Source of the DNA: an uncultured Chloroflexia bacterium
GTDB taxonomy: Bacteria > Chloroflexota > Limnocylindria > Limnocylindrales > CSP1-4
Direction: 5' to 3'
Assembly (NCBI GenBank): GCA_963833225.1
Contig: CAWHXD010000019.1
Span: forward strand, 448,001-512,000
Length of the DNA stretch: 64,000 nt
Shown here: piece by piece, positions 11,296 to 20,466 of the stretch
How positions within the stretch are numbered: position 1 is the stretch's first letter
Layout of the letters: the number at the start of each line of letters is the position of its first letter
Notes under the pieces: model-generated
The model's database searches: none
Told to the model about the DNA's origin: nothing
What the model saw: only the letters and a program-made list of their open reading frames with translations
Position numbers and translations under genes: made by a program

Positions 11296-12486
11296 TCAGG
11301 CGCCGGCCGGGTCCCTCCCCGCGTCGATGCCGGTCAAGGCGCTTCCGTGGCGCTCCGCCTCGCCCGACGCGAACCAGCCGCGCAGGCTGCCCCGCCACAG
11401 CGCGCGCTCGTGGAATCGACCATCCGGGTTGATGCCGTCGAGGCCGCCCGACGTCACCAGGGTCTCCAGCAGGGGTGCCAGCTGCGAGCCGTAGACGTGC
11501 ATGCACGGCTCGGGGCGCACGCCCGGCCACGAGTAGCAGGACACCACCGTCCGCCGCTCGTCGGTCGGGATGCCGGGTGGGAGCGTCGCCCAGGCCGGAT
11601 CGTCCGGGTCGAACGTCCACTGGTCCAGGTGGCCCTGCGGGATGCCCTCCACGCCGCGCACGACCTGGGGTTCCACGTCCAGCAGGTAGGGGTCGACGGA
11701 CAGGTCGCAGATCACCGCGTGCTTCGGGAGGAGCGCGAGCCAGGCGTTGGGGATCAGCGGCCTGGACGGATCCCGCCTCGCCGTCGCGTCCACGAGCAGG
11801 TCGGTCAGCAGCAGCCGCGCCTTGAGGTACTCGGGGTCACCGGTCAGGTTCCGGCCGGCCGTGACGACCTCCACGCCGGGGAGCCCCGCGCGCGTGTAGG
11901 TCTCGTTGCGGGCGTCGTCGCCGTACTTGGTGGCGAACTCGACGGCGTGCCGGCCCACCCGGCCTGCGCCCATGATCAGCACCTTGACCGTCGAGTGGCG
12001 TGGGCCGCCGAGCTCCGGCCAGGTCCGCTCGAGGGCGGCGAACGCGCCCGAGATCCCGTTCCAGGCCACGCTGCGGAGGTTCTCGACCAGCCGCCGGCCG
12101 TCCTCGTTGCGAATGAGATCCAGCGCGATGGCATCGATCCCGAGCTCGGCCAGCATCCCGACACGCGCCGGCCGGGTGGCGAAGTGGAGCATGGAGACGA
12201 GGACGGAACCCCGTCGCAGGAGGTGATACCGGCCCTCCGGGGCCCGGAGCACCACCACGATGTCCTGCCGGTAGCAGTCCTCTTCGTCGCTCACCACCAC
12301 GTCGGGCGACAACGTGCTGTAGTCGGTGTCCGTGTAGCCCATGGCGGATCCGATGCCGCTCTCGACGTGAACCTCGGCGCCGTTCGCGGCAAGCAGGCCG
12401 ATCAGCGGCGGCAGGAAGTCCCGTCGCTCACCGGGCTCCCGGTGCATGCGTGGGAACCCGACGGTCACCCGGCTACGCGTTGTCAT
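11296..12486 (-). CDS. Alanine dehydrogenase / N5-carboxyethyl-ornithine synthase-like NAD(P) oxidoreductase, copy 1
   Basis: GFPRMHREPGERRDFLP, VESGIG, SMLHF, Rossmann GAGRVG, ICDLSVD. Confidence 0.75.
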   Translation of the reverse strand: MTTRSRVTVGFPRMHREPGERRDFLPPLIGLLAANGAEVHVESGIGSAMGYTDTDYSTLSPDVVVSDEEDCYRQDIVVVLRAPEGRYHLLRRGSVLVSMLHFATRPARVGMLAELGIDAIALDLIRNEDGRRLVENLRSVAWNGISGAFAALERTWPELGGPRHSTVKVLIMGAGRVGRHAVEFATKYGDDARNETYTRAGLPGVEVVTAGRNLTGDPEYLKARLLLTDLLVDATARRDPSRPLIPNAWLALLPKHAVICDLSVDPYLLDVEPQVVRGVEGIPQGHLDQWTFDPDDPAWATLPPGIPTDERRTVVSCYSWPGVRPEPCMHVYGSQLAPLLETLVTSGGLDGINPDGRFHERALWRGSLRGWFASGEAERHGSALTGIDAGRDPAGA

Positions 12487-12634
12487 TCAGCCTCCAATCG
12501 ATCGTCGGTCGCGGTGTGTCCCTTCGTACGCAGGGTCTCCCGCGGGGACGGGCGCCCGCATCTGCCGTCCGACCCCGAGCACCGGGGTCCGCATGGCCCG
12601 AGCGCCGCGCGCGAAGGAATGCAATGCTGTCAGG

Positions 12635-13777
12635 GTGACAGCGAAGAGCGAGCGCGTCCTGACGTTCGGCTTCCCCCGGATGGAGAACGAGCCCGGCGAG
12701 CGGCGGGCCTTCCTGCCATCGCTTGCCGGCACGGTGGCCGCGATGGGGGCCGACGTGGTGGTCCAGGCGGGCAGCGGGACCCGCATGGGCATCCCTGACG
12801 AGGAGTACCTGGCGGCATCGCCCCGGGTTCGGATCGCGGACGAGGCCACGGCGTTCGCCCAGGACGTCGTCGTGATCCTGCGGGCGCCCGAGGGGCGCTA
12901 CGAGCTGGTGCGGCGCGGCGCGATCCTGCTCTCGATGCTCCACTTCGTCACCCGCCCGGAACGCTCGGAGCTGCTCGATCGCCTGGGGATCGAGGCCGTG
13001 GCCCTCGACATGGTCACCGGCGACGATGGCCGGCGCCTGGTCCAGAACCTGCGCGACGTCGCCCGCAACGGGCTCTCGTCCGCCTTCGATGCCCTGGAGC
13101 GCCGCTGGCCGCCGCTCTTGTCCCCGGACCGCCGGGCGATCAGCGTCACGATCATCGGCGCCGGTGGGGTCGGCAAGCATGCGATCGAGTGGGCCGCCCG
13201 CGCCGGTACCGCGGAGCGCAATGAGCGGTTCATGCGAGAGGGGCTCCCGGGCGTGGAGGTCGTGGTCGCGGAGCAGAACCTCGCCGGCAACGAGGCCTGG
13301 TTCCGGCGCCGGCTGCCGCAGACGGACATCCTCGTGGATGCCACCGCGCGGCGGGACACGTCGCGCTCGCTGATTCCCAATGCGTGGCTGGGTCTGCTCC
13401 CGAAGCACGCCGTCATCTGCGATCTTGCCGTGGACCCGTACCTGCCCGACGACGATCCGCCCGTCGTGCGCGGGATCGAGGGCATCCCGCAGGGCAACCT
13501 GGACCAGTGGGTGTTCGATCCCGACGACCCGGCCTGGGACCGGCTGCCGCCCGGCATCCCGACCGACGAGCGGCGAACCGTCGTGTCCTGTTACTCGTGG
13601 CCGGGCGTGGAGCCGGTGGCCTGCATGGAGGCCTATGGCTCCCAAATCACGCCGCTGCTCAAGACCCTGGTCTGGTACGGCGGGACCTCTGCCATCGCGC
13701 CCTCGGTGTCGTTCCACGGGCGCGCCATGTGGCGGGGAAGCCTGCGGCACTTCCTGGGTCACGAACCCGCGGGCTGA
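12635..13777 (+). CDS. Alanine dehydrogenase / CEO synthase-like oxidoreductase, copy 2
   Basis: GFPRMENEPGERRAFLP, SMLHF, GAGGVG; collinear paralog of copy 1; start chosen by alignment. Confidence 0.75.
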   Translation: MTAKSERVLTFGFPRMENEPGERRAFLPSLAGTVAAMGADVVVQAGSGTRMGIPDEEYLAASPRVRIADEATAFAQDVVVILRAPEGRYELVRRGAILLSMLHFVTRPERSELLDRLGIEAVALDMVTGDDGRRLVQNLRDVARNGLSSAFDALERRWPPLLSPDRRAISVTIIGAGGVGKHAIEWAARAGTAERNERFMREGLPGVEVVVAEQNLAGNEAWFRRRLPQTDILVDATARRDTSRSLIPNAWLGLLPKHAVICDLAVDPYLPDDDPPVVRGIEGIPQGNLDQWVFDPDDPAWDRLPPGIPTDERRTVVSCYSWPGVEPVACMEAYGSQITPLLKTLVWYGGTSAIAPSVSFHGRAMWRGSLRHFLGHEPAG

Positions 13778-13796
13778 GCGGCCCAGGCGCGAGGGA

Positions 13797-14486
13797 TCAG
13801 CGTCGGGCGGTCGGGCGCTGCCGTCCAGCCGGTGGCATCGGATCGTGCGACGCCACGTAGCCCGGGACCTGGGCGCGATGCGCGAGGCCCAGCTTGGCCA
13901 GGATGGAGCTCACGTAGTTCTTGACCGTCTTGTCGGACAGGAACACCGCGGCCGCGATCTCGCGGTTCGTCATCCCGTCGGCGATGAGCGGCACGATCTC
14001 GCGCTCCCGAGCGGTCAGGCCGACACCTTCGCCCGAGTCCCCGCTGGCGATGCGCCGGATGCGGTCGAGGACCACGCCCGTCACGACGGGATCGAACATC
14101 GACCGCCCCTGGCCCACGGCCTCCAGCGTGCGCACCAGCTCCGCGGATCGGGTCTGCTTCAGCACGTATCCACGGGCCCCGGCCAGGACTGCCGCGAACA
14201 CGTCGGCCTCGGCCGGCGAGCTGGTGAGGAACACGACGTGGATGGCGGGGAGCTCGTCCCTGAGTCGTCGGCAGGCTTCGATGCCCGACGCGTCCGGGAG
14301 CCGGATGTCGAGCAGCGCGATGTCCGGCCGGAAGCGCCGAGCCTGGGTGATCGCGTCGGCGCACGTCCCGGCCTCGGCCACGACCTCGAACATGCCCCGC
14401 CGGTCAAGGTGGGCAACGAGCCCGCGGCGAACGACCTCGTGGTCATCGACGACGAGGATCCGCAGGGGCGAGGACGCCTCGGTCAT
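13797..14486 (-). CDS. NarL/DevR-type response regulator (REC + LuxR HTH), no adjacent kinase
   Basis: VVDDHEVVR, LLDIRLPD, GYVLK, LTAREREI..NREIA..KTVKNYVS. Confidence 0.92.
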   Translation of the reverse strand: MTEASSPLRILVVDDHEVVRRGLVAHLDRRGMFEVVAEAGTCADAITQARRFRPDIALLDIRLPDASGIEACRRLRDELPAIHVVFLTSSPAEADVFAAVLAGARGYVLKQTRSAELVRTLEAVGQGRSMFDPVVTGVVLDRIRRIASGDSGEGVGLTAREREIVPLIADGMTNREIAAAVFLSDKTVKNYVSSILAKLGLAHRAQVPGYVASHDPMPPAGRQRPTARR

Positions 14487-14492
14487 CGTCGT

Positions 14493-14756
14493 CTAGACCG
14501 GTGGCCGGCGCCCGGGAACGTCACGTCCGCGGGGCGCCACCGTGAGCTCCGACGTCCGGACCCCGAAGCGGATCGACATCGCCGCCCAGCCCGGATGGTC
14601 CGTCGTCCAGCGCTCGACCGTCGCCCCGGTCGTCGACCGTCGCTCGATCGTGCCGTCGCCCTCGAGCACCAGCGACTCACCGTCGGCAATGGGCAACGTC
14701 CGTGGGCGGAACCGCGTGGCGCCGGCCCGGCCGGTCTGCGCCCGGTGCACGCTCAC
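14493..14756 (-). CDS. Hypothetical protein, 87 aa
   Basis: GTG start overlaps the upstream stop (GTGA); abuts the response regulator. Confidence 0.55.
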   Translation of the reverse strand: MSVHRAQTGRAGATRFRPRTLPIADGESLVLEGDGTIERRSTTGATVERWTTDHPGWAAMSIRFGVRTSELTVAPRGRDVPGRRPPV

Positions 14757-14980
14757 GACGGACGGCCGTCGATGAGCGCTCGAAGCGCGACCTGCAGGCG
14801 CTTGTTGGCGCTTGCGTCCTGGGCGGAGGTTTCCTGGCTCCGCGCTTCACGCGCCTCGGCCGCATCGCGCATGGAGTCGGCGATCCGCTGGTTGAGGCGA
14901 TCGTCCTCGGGGCGATGACCGACCGGCGGGGGTGCGGCGACGGAGGGAGAACGCCCCTGCGGGCGAGAGTGGCGTGCCAT
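14753..14980 (-). CDS. Hypothetical protein, about 75 aa
   Basis: Helical, charged C-terminus; stop overlaps the next start. Confidence 0.4.
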   Translation of the reverse strand: MARHSRPQGRSPSVAAPPPVGHRPEDDRLNQRIADSMRDAAEAREARSQETSAQDASANKRLQVALRALIDGRPS

Positions 14981-15107
14981 GGTCGACTTCCAGCTGCCGG
15001 CCGGACGCAGCCACGGAGGTCGTGGCACTCGGCACGGAGGTCGGACAGGAGTCCAGCATGCCGCGTGGCGCCGGGAAGCGCAACCGTCCGGGACCGCAAC
15101 CGAGCCG

Positions 15108-15756
15108 TCAGGCTCGCGCGCGCTCCAGGATCAGCGTCTGCCAGAAGTGGCCGCGGTGGTTCTCGACCAGGGTCAGCCCGCCGGTCGCGGCGACGTTGAG
15201 CACGCCGGTCGAGCGGTGGACGTGGACCCGGAACGGGTCCCGCCAGAGGGCGCTCCAGCGGTTGCTGATTTCCCACCCCGGCGCGGATCCAGGCATCGTC
15301 CCGCGGCAGGACCAAGCCCAGTCGCCGGCGGGTCTTGTCCGCCGCCACGCGGACGAGCGCCTCCATGTGCGGGTAGCAGCAGACCACGCGGTCGAGCGCG
15401 ACCAGGTCGGCCTCCGGCAGATCGGGCGCAAGCGCCACGGCATCGCCCTTGTGGTAGGTCACCCGGCCGGACAGCCCACGCCGGTCGGCCTCTGTCCGGG
15501 CGGCCTCGAGATAGGGGCCCGAGGCGTCCACGTCGATCGCCGATGCCGCTCCGGCCGCCAGCAGCGCGTGGTGCACGGCGCCGACACCGGCCCCGATGTC
15601 CAGCACCGTCAGCCCGTCGACGCCGCCTGCCGCCAGCCCGGCGACCAGCCGGGTCGTCCATCCGTTCGGCCCGCGCTCCCGGTACTCGAGCAGACGCTCG
15701 CCGGCGCGGCGCGCGTCGAACTGGTCGTCGTAGATGGTCGGCTCGCAGCAGTCCAC
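15108..15756 (-). CDS. Class I SAM-dependent methyltransferase (frameshift near 15275)
   Basis: VLDIGAGVG, DVDAS, ALDRVVCCYP; N-terminal CC; C-terminus lies in a second frame. Confidence 0.8.
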
Positions 15757-15818
15757 GTCGTGGATCCTAGACCACCCGGATCCCGGTGGTCGCGGCGCGG
15801 CCCCTCGCGCCACGGGGG

Positions 15819-15854
15819 GCGCTCCCGCGACGGGTGGCGCTCCCGCGACGGGTG
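15819..15854. repeat. Perfect 18-bp tandem duplication GCGCTCCCGCGACGGGTG x2
   Basis: Seen directly in the divergent intergenic region; a degenerate third unit precedes it. Confidence 0.85.
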
Positions 15855-15869
15855 AGTATGCTGCGCTCC

Positions 15870-16337
15870 ATGGGTGACAGGGTCTCTCTCTCCGGCGACC
15901 AGTGGGAAGCGCTCCTGCACCTGCCGTTTGCCGTCTACTCCACCGTCGCGGATGCGGACGCGGACCAGGGCAGCGCCGAGGCGCAGTTCCGGAGCTTCCG
16001 GGAGGAGATCGAGCACGGCCGATCCGTCTTCGCCGAGGGGACGACGGGTGGCGATCTCACCAACGCGGTCGCCGGGAACCTGGACGTCCTGTGGTCCGCG
16101 CACCGGGCTTCCGGGCGGTCACCCGAGGAGGTGGTCGGCCGCGGGATGAAGGCCCTGCACAAGATCGACGACGGCGAGTCGGAGGCCATCCGGGACTGGC
16201 TGCTGGTGGTGGCCCTGGGCGTCGCCCGCGCCATCCACACGGTCGGTGAGCCGCCGGTGTCCTGGAGCGAGGTGTACGCGCTGCGGGACCTGGCCAGGTG
16301 GCTCAACCGCCCTGTGCCCGACATCACCGAGTCCTGA
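15870..16337 (+). CDS. Hypothetical helical protein (TerB-like fold possible)
   Basis: Clean ORF with protein-like composition. Confidence 0.6.
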   Translation: MGDRVSLSGDQWEALLHLPFAVYSTVADADADQGSAEAQFRSFREEIEHGRSVFAEGTTGGDLTNAVAGNLDVLWSAHRASGRSPEEVVGRGMKALHKIDDGESEAIRDWLLVVALGVARAIHTVGEPPVSWSEVYALRDLARWLNRPVPDITES

Positions 16338-16373
16338 TCCCGCCCGGGCGAGATCCCAAGCCGCCGAGCAACG

Positions 16374-17552
16374 ATGCTCTCTGCGCCCCAACCCACCTGC
16401 TTCCTGATCGCCGACATCTCCGGGTACACCGGCTACCTGGCCGATGTCGAGCTGGACCACGCGCAGGACATCCTCGCCGACCTCATCGGCGCCGTGGTCA
16501 CCGCGCTGCGGCCCAACTTCCGGCTGGCCAAGCTCGAGGGTGACGCCGCGTTCACCTTCGCGGCCGTGGAGGCCATCGACGGGTCGATGCTCCTCGACAC
16601 CATCGAGCGCTGCTACTTCGGCTTCCGCCGCCGCCGCCGCGATGTGCGCCAGGCCACTTCGTGCGAGTGCAACGCATGCAGCCGGATCCCGGATCTCGAC
16701 CTCAAGTTCGTCGTGCACAACGGCAAGGCCATCGTCCAGAGGGTCGCAGGGCGCCAGGAGCTCCTGGGATCGGACGTGATCGTCGTCCACCGCCTGCTCA
16801 AGAACGAGGTCGTGGAGCAGCTGGGGATGGGGGCGTACGCCCTGATCACCCAGGCGTGCATCGACGCCTCCGACATCGATCCTGCCGCGCTCGGCATGCT
16901 CGAGCACACCGAGACCTATGACCGGCTCGGTGATGTCCCGGCATGGGCGCACGATCTCGAGCGTCGCTGGCGGGAGGAGGAGGATCGCGCACGGGTGTTC
17001 GTGACTCCCGAGGAGTCGATCCTCACGGTGTCCGTGCCCACGAGCGCGCCCCCCCAGGTGGCCTGGGAGTTCCTGACCAAGCCCGGCCAGCGGATGACCT
17101 GGCAGCCGTGGGTCACGTCGGTCGAGATCAGGGGCGCCACCGGGGGACGGCGCGGGCCGGGTTCGGCCAACCACTGCATGCACGGCAAGGATGCCGTGGT
17201 GGAGGAGATCCTCGACTGGCGGCCCTACGACTACGTCACCGACCGCACCATCATCGACACCCCAGCGGGCAAGCTCAGGCTGCTCCACGCCATCGAGCTG
17301 GAGCCACTCCCCTCCGGGACCATGATCCACTACCGGTTCGCGCCCCCGAGGGCGAAGAAGGACCTGGCGTTGGCCCAGCAGGTGGGAGTTGCCTACGGCG
17401 AGGCGCTGCGGTCGAGCGTCCCGACGCTGATCGCCCAGCTGGAGGCCGAACTCGCGAAGCGTGAGGCGGACCGGGGTCCCGAGCCGGCCCTTGCGGCGGC
17501 CCGCCCCGAGGGACCGCTCGCAGGGATCACGCCGCTGCCGATGACCGACTGA
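16374..17552 (+). CDS. DUF2652 (nucleotide-cyclase-like) + SRPBCC domain protein
   Basis: LIADISGYT, KLEGDA, SCECNAC, LKFVVH, LLGSDVIVVHRLLKN; C-terminal APPQVAWEFLT..W..W, EILDWRPYDY. Confidence 0.8.
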   Translation: MLSAPQPTCFLIADISGYTGYLADVELDHAQDILADLIGAVVTALRPNFRLAKLEGDAAFTFAAVEAIDGSMLLDTIERCYFGFRRRRRDVRQATSCECNACSRIPDLDLKFVVHNGKAIVQRVAGRQELLGSDVIVVHRLLKNEVVEQLGMGAYALITQACIDASDIDPAALGMLEHTETYDRLGDVPAWAHDLERRWREEEDRARVFVTPEESILTVSVPTSAPPQVAWEFLTKPGQRMTWQPWVTSVEIRGATGGRRGPGSANHCMHGKDAVVEEILDWRPYDYVTDRTIIDTPAGKLRLLHAIELEPLPSGTMIHYRFAPPRAKKDLALAQQVGVAYGEALRSSVPTLIAQLEAELAKREADRGPEPALAAARPEGPLAGITPLPMTD

Positions 17553-17581
17553 TCAGCGGGCGACGCCCCTCCCCGTAGACT

Positions 17582-18316
17582 GTGACCCTTCGCCGCAGGG
17601 AGACCGCCTCGATCGTGCGCCTCGACTTCAGCGTCCTCCGGCGCCTCCGCGCGTCGCTCGTCAACTCGATCGGGGACGTGACCTTCGGGATGGAGGACGG
17701 TGCGGTCTCGGTCGCCGGCCTCGTGTTCGGCGTGGCGGCGAGCACCAACGACAGCCAGATCGTGCTCCTCGCGGGGGCGAGCGGGGCGATCGCCGGAGCC
17801 GTCTCGATGATGGCCGGCACCTATCTTGACGTGCACTCCGAGCGGAGCCGGGCGGCGGGTCTCGTCGGGCAGGCCCGGGCCTCGATCGCCGCGGATCCGG
17901 CGGCGGCCCGTGAGCGCGTGGCCGGGCAGCTTCGCGCGGCGGGCTTCACGGACACCGAGGCGCAGGGCGTCACGGCAGCGTTCGAGCGGAACCCGGATGC
18001 GCTCCTGGACTACGTTGCCGCGTTCGAGCTCGGGGTCCCACGCAGCGAGGGGGCGTCACCCTGGACGCACGCCGCCTGGATGTTCGTCGCGGACCTGTTC
18101 GCCGCGAGCGTTCCCGTGTTGCCGTTCGCCCTGTATCCGATCGAGACCGCCCGCCTGGTCTCGCTCGTGGTCACTGGCGCGCTGATGGCGGCGCTCGGGA
18201 TCGCGAGGGGCCGCATCGGGCACGAGCCGGTCTGGCGGACCGCGCTCCAGACGATGGGGATCGCCGGGGCTGCGGCGCTGGCCGGCGTCCTGATCGGCTG
18301 GCTGGTCACCCGATAG
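17582..18316 (+). CDS. VIT1/CCC1-family Fe/Mn transporter
   Basis: FGMEDGAVS, AGAVSMMAGTY, FELG, PVLPF, several TM helices. Confidence 0.88.
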   Translation: MTLRRRETASIVRLDFSVLRRLRASLVNSIGDVTFGMEDGAVSVAGLVFGVAASTNDSQIVLLAGASGAIAGAVSMMAGTYLDVHSERSRAAGLVGQARASIAADPAAARERVAGQLRAAGFTDTEAQGVTAAFERNPDALLDYVAAFELGVPRSEGASPWTHAAWMFVADLFAASVPVLPFALYPIETARLVSLVVTGALMAALGIARGRIGHEPVWRTALQTMGIAGAAALAGVLIGWLVTR

Positions 18317-18734
18317 GCGGCCGGCGAGCGGGCAACGCGCCGACCTGGAGCATCAGCCCCACCTGGTCCGCGACGCCCCAGTGCTCCACGGCCTTGCCGG
18401 CCTCGAACCGGAGAATGTCGATCACATCCACCTCGACCGGCGCGCCCGACGGGGGGTTGCCCATGACGGCGCCCGTGTTGACGCCGCGAGCCTTGTTGCG
18501 GGTCCACACGATGTCGCCGGCAACGGCCAAGTCCTCGACCGTGAGCGAGAACTCCGACATCCACCGGTGCAGCGTGGCGGCCACCTCCTTGGCGCCGTCG
18601 CGGCCCGCATGGTTGCCGCGCTGGTGCTCCACGATGTCCTCGGCCATCAGCTCGTCGAGCACGGACAAGTCGCCCTGTCCCATCCCGACCTCGATCAGGC
18701 GACGGGTGCGATCCTCGAGGTCAGCAGCATGCAT
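18306..18734 (-). CDS. SnoaL-like ester cyclase
   Basis: VEDLAVAGDIVW, MGNPPSG, DILRFEAGKAVEHWGVAD; GGAG RBS. Confidence 0.85.
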   Translation of the reverse strand: MHAADLEDRTRRLIEVGMGQGDLSVLDELMAEDIVEHQRGNHAGRDGAKEVAATLHRWMSEFSLTVEDLAVAGDIVWTRNKARGVNTGAVMGNPPSGAPVEVDVIDILRFEAGKAVEHWGVADQVGLMLQVGALPARRPPIG

Positions 18735-18751
18735 TGGGACGCTCCTTTCAG

Positions 18752-18788
18752 TAGAGTGCAACTCTATTTGAATAGAGTGATACTCTAT
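18752..18788. promoter_or_regulatory. Tandem palindromic operators TAGAGT-N3-ACTCTA (likely TetR sites)
   Basis: TAGAGTgcaACTCTA at 18752-18766 and ATAGAGTgatACTCTAT at 18772-18788, in an AT-rich divergent spacer. Confidence 0.85.
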
Positions 18789-18792
18789 CGGC

Positions 18793-19422
18793 ATGGCAGA
18801 TGTCAAGCCCGGACCTGGAGCTCGCCGACCGACCCTCCGCGCTGAGCGTGCACAGGTCACGCGCCGGCGGATCGCTGCTGCGGCTCACCGGCTGTTTGCC
18901 CGTGACGGCTATGCGACGACGACCCTCGCCGGCATTGCGCTTGAGGCGGGCGTCGCCGTCCAGACGGTGTACGCGGTCTACGGCTCCAAGGCGGGCATCC
19001 TGGCCGCGCTGCGCGAGTCGGTGGTCGACCAGCCGGAGGCCGAGGCCCTGTACGCGCAGGCGATGGCTGAGCCCTCGGCACCCCGGCGCATCGAGCTGTT
19101 CGCCAGGTCGATCCGTCGTCGCTGGGAGCTGTCGGGAGACGTGGTGGCGATCCAGCGGGACGCCGGCACCGCGGATCCCGCGATCCGGGCCGCCGTTGCC
19201 GCGATCCTCGAGCGACGCCGGAGGGGGATCGGGGCGCTGGTGGCGAGGGTGGAGCCGGCGCTGGTCGAGGCCGTCGATGTCGCGCATGCCGCCGCTGTCG
19301 TCGATGCGCTCACGCTGCCCGAGGTCTACGCGGAGCTGGTCCAGGTCCAGGGGTGGTCGCCTGACACCTACGAGGCGTGGCTGGCCGCGACGCTCACCCG
19401 GGAGCTGCTGGGCTCAGCCTGA
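18793..19422 (+). CDS. TetR/AcrR-family regulator
   Basis: RLFARDGYATTTLAGIALEAGVAVQTVYAVYGSKAGIL. Confidence 0.93.
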   Translation: MADVKPGPGARRPTLRAERAQVTRRRIAAAAHRLFARDGYATTTLAGIALEAGVAVQTVYAVYGSKAGILAALRESVVDQPEAEALYAQAMAEPSAPRRIELFARSIRRRWELSGDVVAIQRDAGTADPAIRAAVAAILERRRRGIGALVARVEPALVEAVDVAHAAAVVDALTLPEVYAELVQVQGWSPDTYEAWLAATLTRELLGSA

Positions 19423-19935
19423 GGCAGGAGGGCCGGGCCGGAACCCCACCATGCGGAGCTGCTCCACGACCCGTCGCCGAGCCTCTGGCGTGCCGTCGTA
19501 GCGCCAGCCGACCAGGCTCGAGAGCACCCGCCAGACCACCGGCCGGATCAGCCGGTTCTGCCGCTCGTACTCGGCCAGGATCGCCGTCGCCTCGTCCGTC
19601 TCGAGCACCCGGTGCACCGGCACGTACCGGTCGCGCCCGATCCGGACCTCCTGCGCCAGGCCGGCCTCCACGTTGTGAAGCCAGCCGGTCTTCACGCCCC
19701 AGCCGGCGACGACGACCGCCTCGCGGATCGACTTGTCATAGCGGACCACCTCGAGGACCGTCTCGCGTCGCAGGCCCGTGCGACGTCCCTTGGTCACGAG
19801 GAACAGGAAGCGGCGGCCGAACAGGAAGCCGAGGCCGGCGTGGTACAGGTGGACGGGCAGCCCCAGCAGCAGGCGGAGCAGGCCGCGCGGCGGAGAAGGC
19901 TGGTCGGCGACGGGTTCGCCGCTCGGTTCGGTCAT
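19414..19935 (-). CDS. Ddn-like deazaflavin (F420)-dependent oxidoreductase (DUF385)
   Basis: LVTKGRRTGLRRETVLE, VAGWG..TGWLHNV; GGAG RBS. Confidence 0.85.
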   Translation of the reverse strand: MTEPSGEPVADQPSPPRGLLRLLLGLPVHLYHAGLGFLFGRRFLFLVTKGRRTGLRRETVLEVVRYDKSIREAVVVAGWGVKTGWLHNVEAGLAQEVRIGRDRYVPVHRVLETDEATAILAEYERQNRLIRPVVWRVLSSLVGWRYDGTPEARRRVVEQLRMVGFRPGPPASG

Positions 19936-19985
19936 GTCCTTGCTCCCAGTGCCGCCCCGGCGCCATGTGCGTCGTAGCGGGTCCA

Positions 19986-20018
19986 ATGATAGCCAACTGG
20001 CAAGCAATTGGATATGCT
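19986..20018 (+). promoter_or_regulatory. Imperfect palindromic operator plus TATGCT -10-like box upstream of marR-clc
   Basis: ATGATAGCCAACTGGCAAGCAATTG; 24/25 identical to the reverse complement of 34517-34541. Confidence 0.75.
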
Positions 20019-20025
20019 GGCGAGC

Positions 20026-20466
20026 GTGACATCCCATGATCCCCTGGCGGCCCTGGACCGCATCGTCATCGGGGCCATCGGCCTGACCACGCACGCGCTC
20101 GCCGAGGCCGCTCCCGCGACCGAGCTGACCTTCCCGCAGTGGCGCGCGCTCCTGATCCTCGGCGAGGACCAGGACGGCGCCCGGGTGGGCCAGGTGGCCA
20201 CGCGGGTGGGTGCCACGCTGCCGGCGACCAGCCGCCTTCTGCGACGGCTCGCCCGGCGCGACCTCGTCGCCCTCGTCCCCGACGAGCTCGACCATCGGGC
20301 CACGCGCGCCAGGCTCACGGTCCGCGGCCGGGAGGTCCGGATCGCGATCCTCGCCTACCGCGGCGCGGCGCTGCGGGAGATCGCCAGCCGCCTGGACGAC
20401 CGTCATGGGGGCCCGACCCGGTCGTCGCTCGAGGCCCTCGCTGAGGCGTTCGAGGCGTACGCCTGA
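20026..20466 (+). CDS. MarR-family regulator (start may be 20014)
   Basis: LTFPQWRALL, ATSRLLRRL..LV, DHRATRARLT.RG; TGATG overlap with the CLC gene. Confidence 0.88.
   Translation: MTSHDPLAALDRIVIGAIGLTTHALAEAAPATELTFPQWRALLILGEDQDGARVGQVATRVGATLPATSRLLRRLARRDLVALVPDELDHRATRARLTVRGREVRIAILAYRGAALREIASRLDDRHGGPTRSSLEALAEAFEAYA

Noticed and set aside
15819-15854. CRISPR-like repeats
   Set aside because: Only two adjacent 18-bp units, with no spacers and no cas genes
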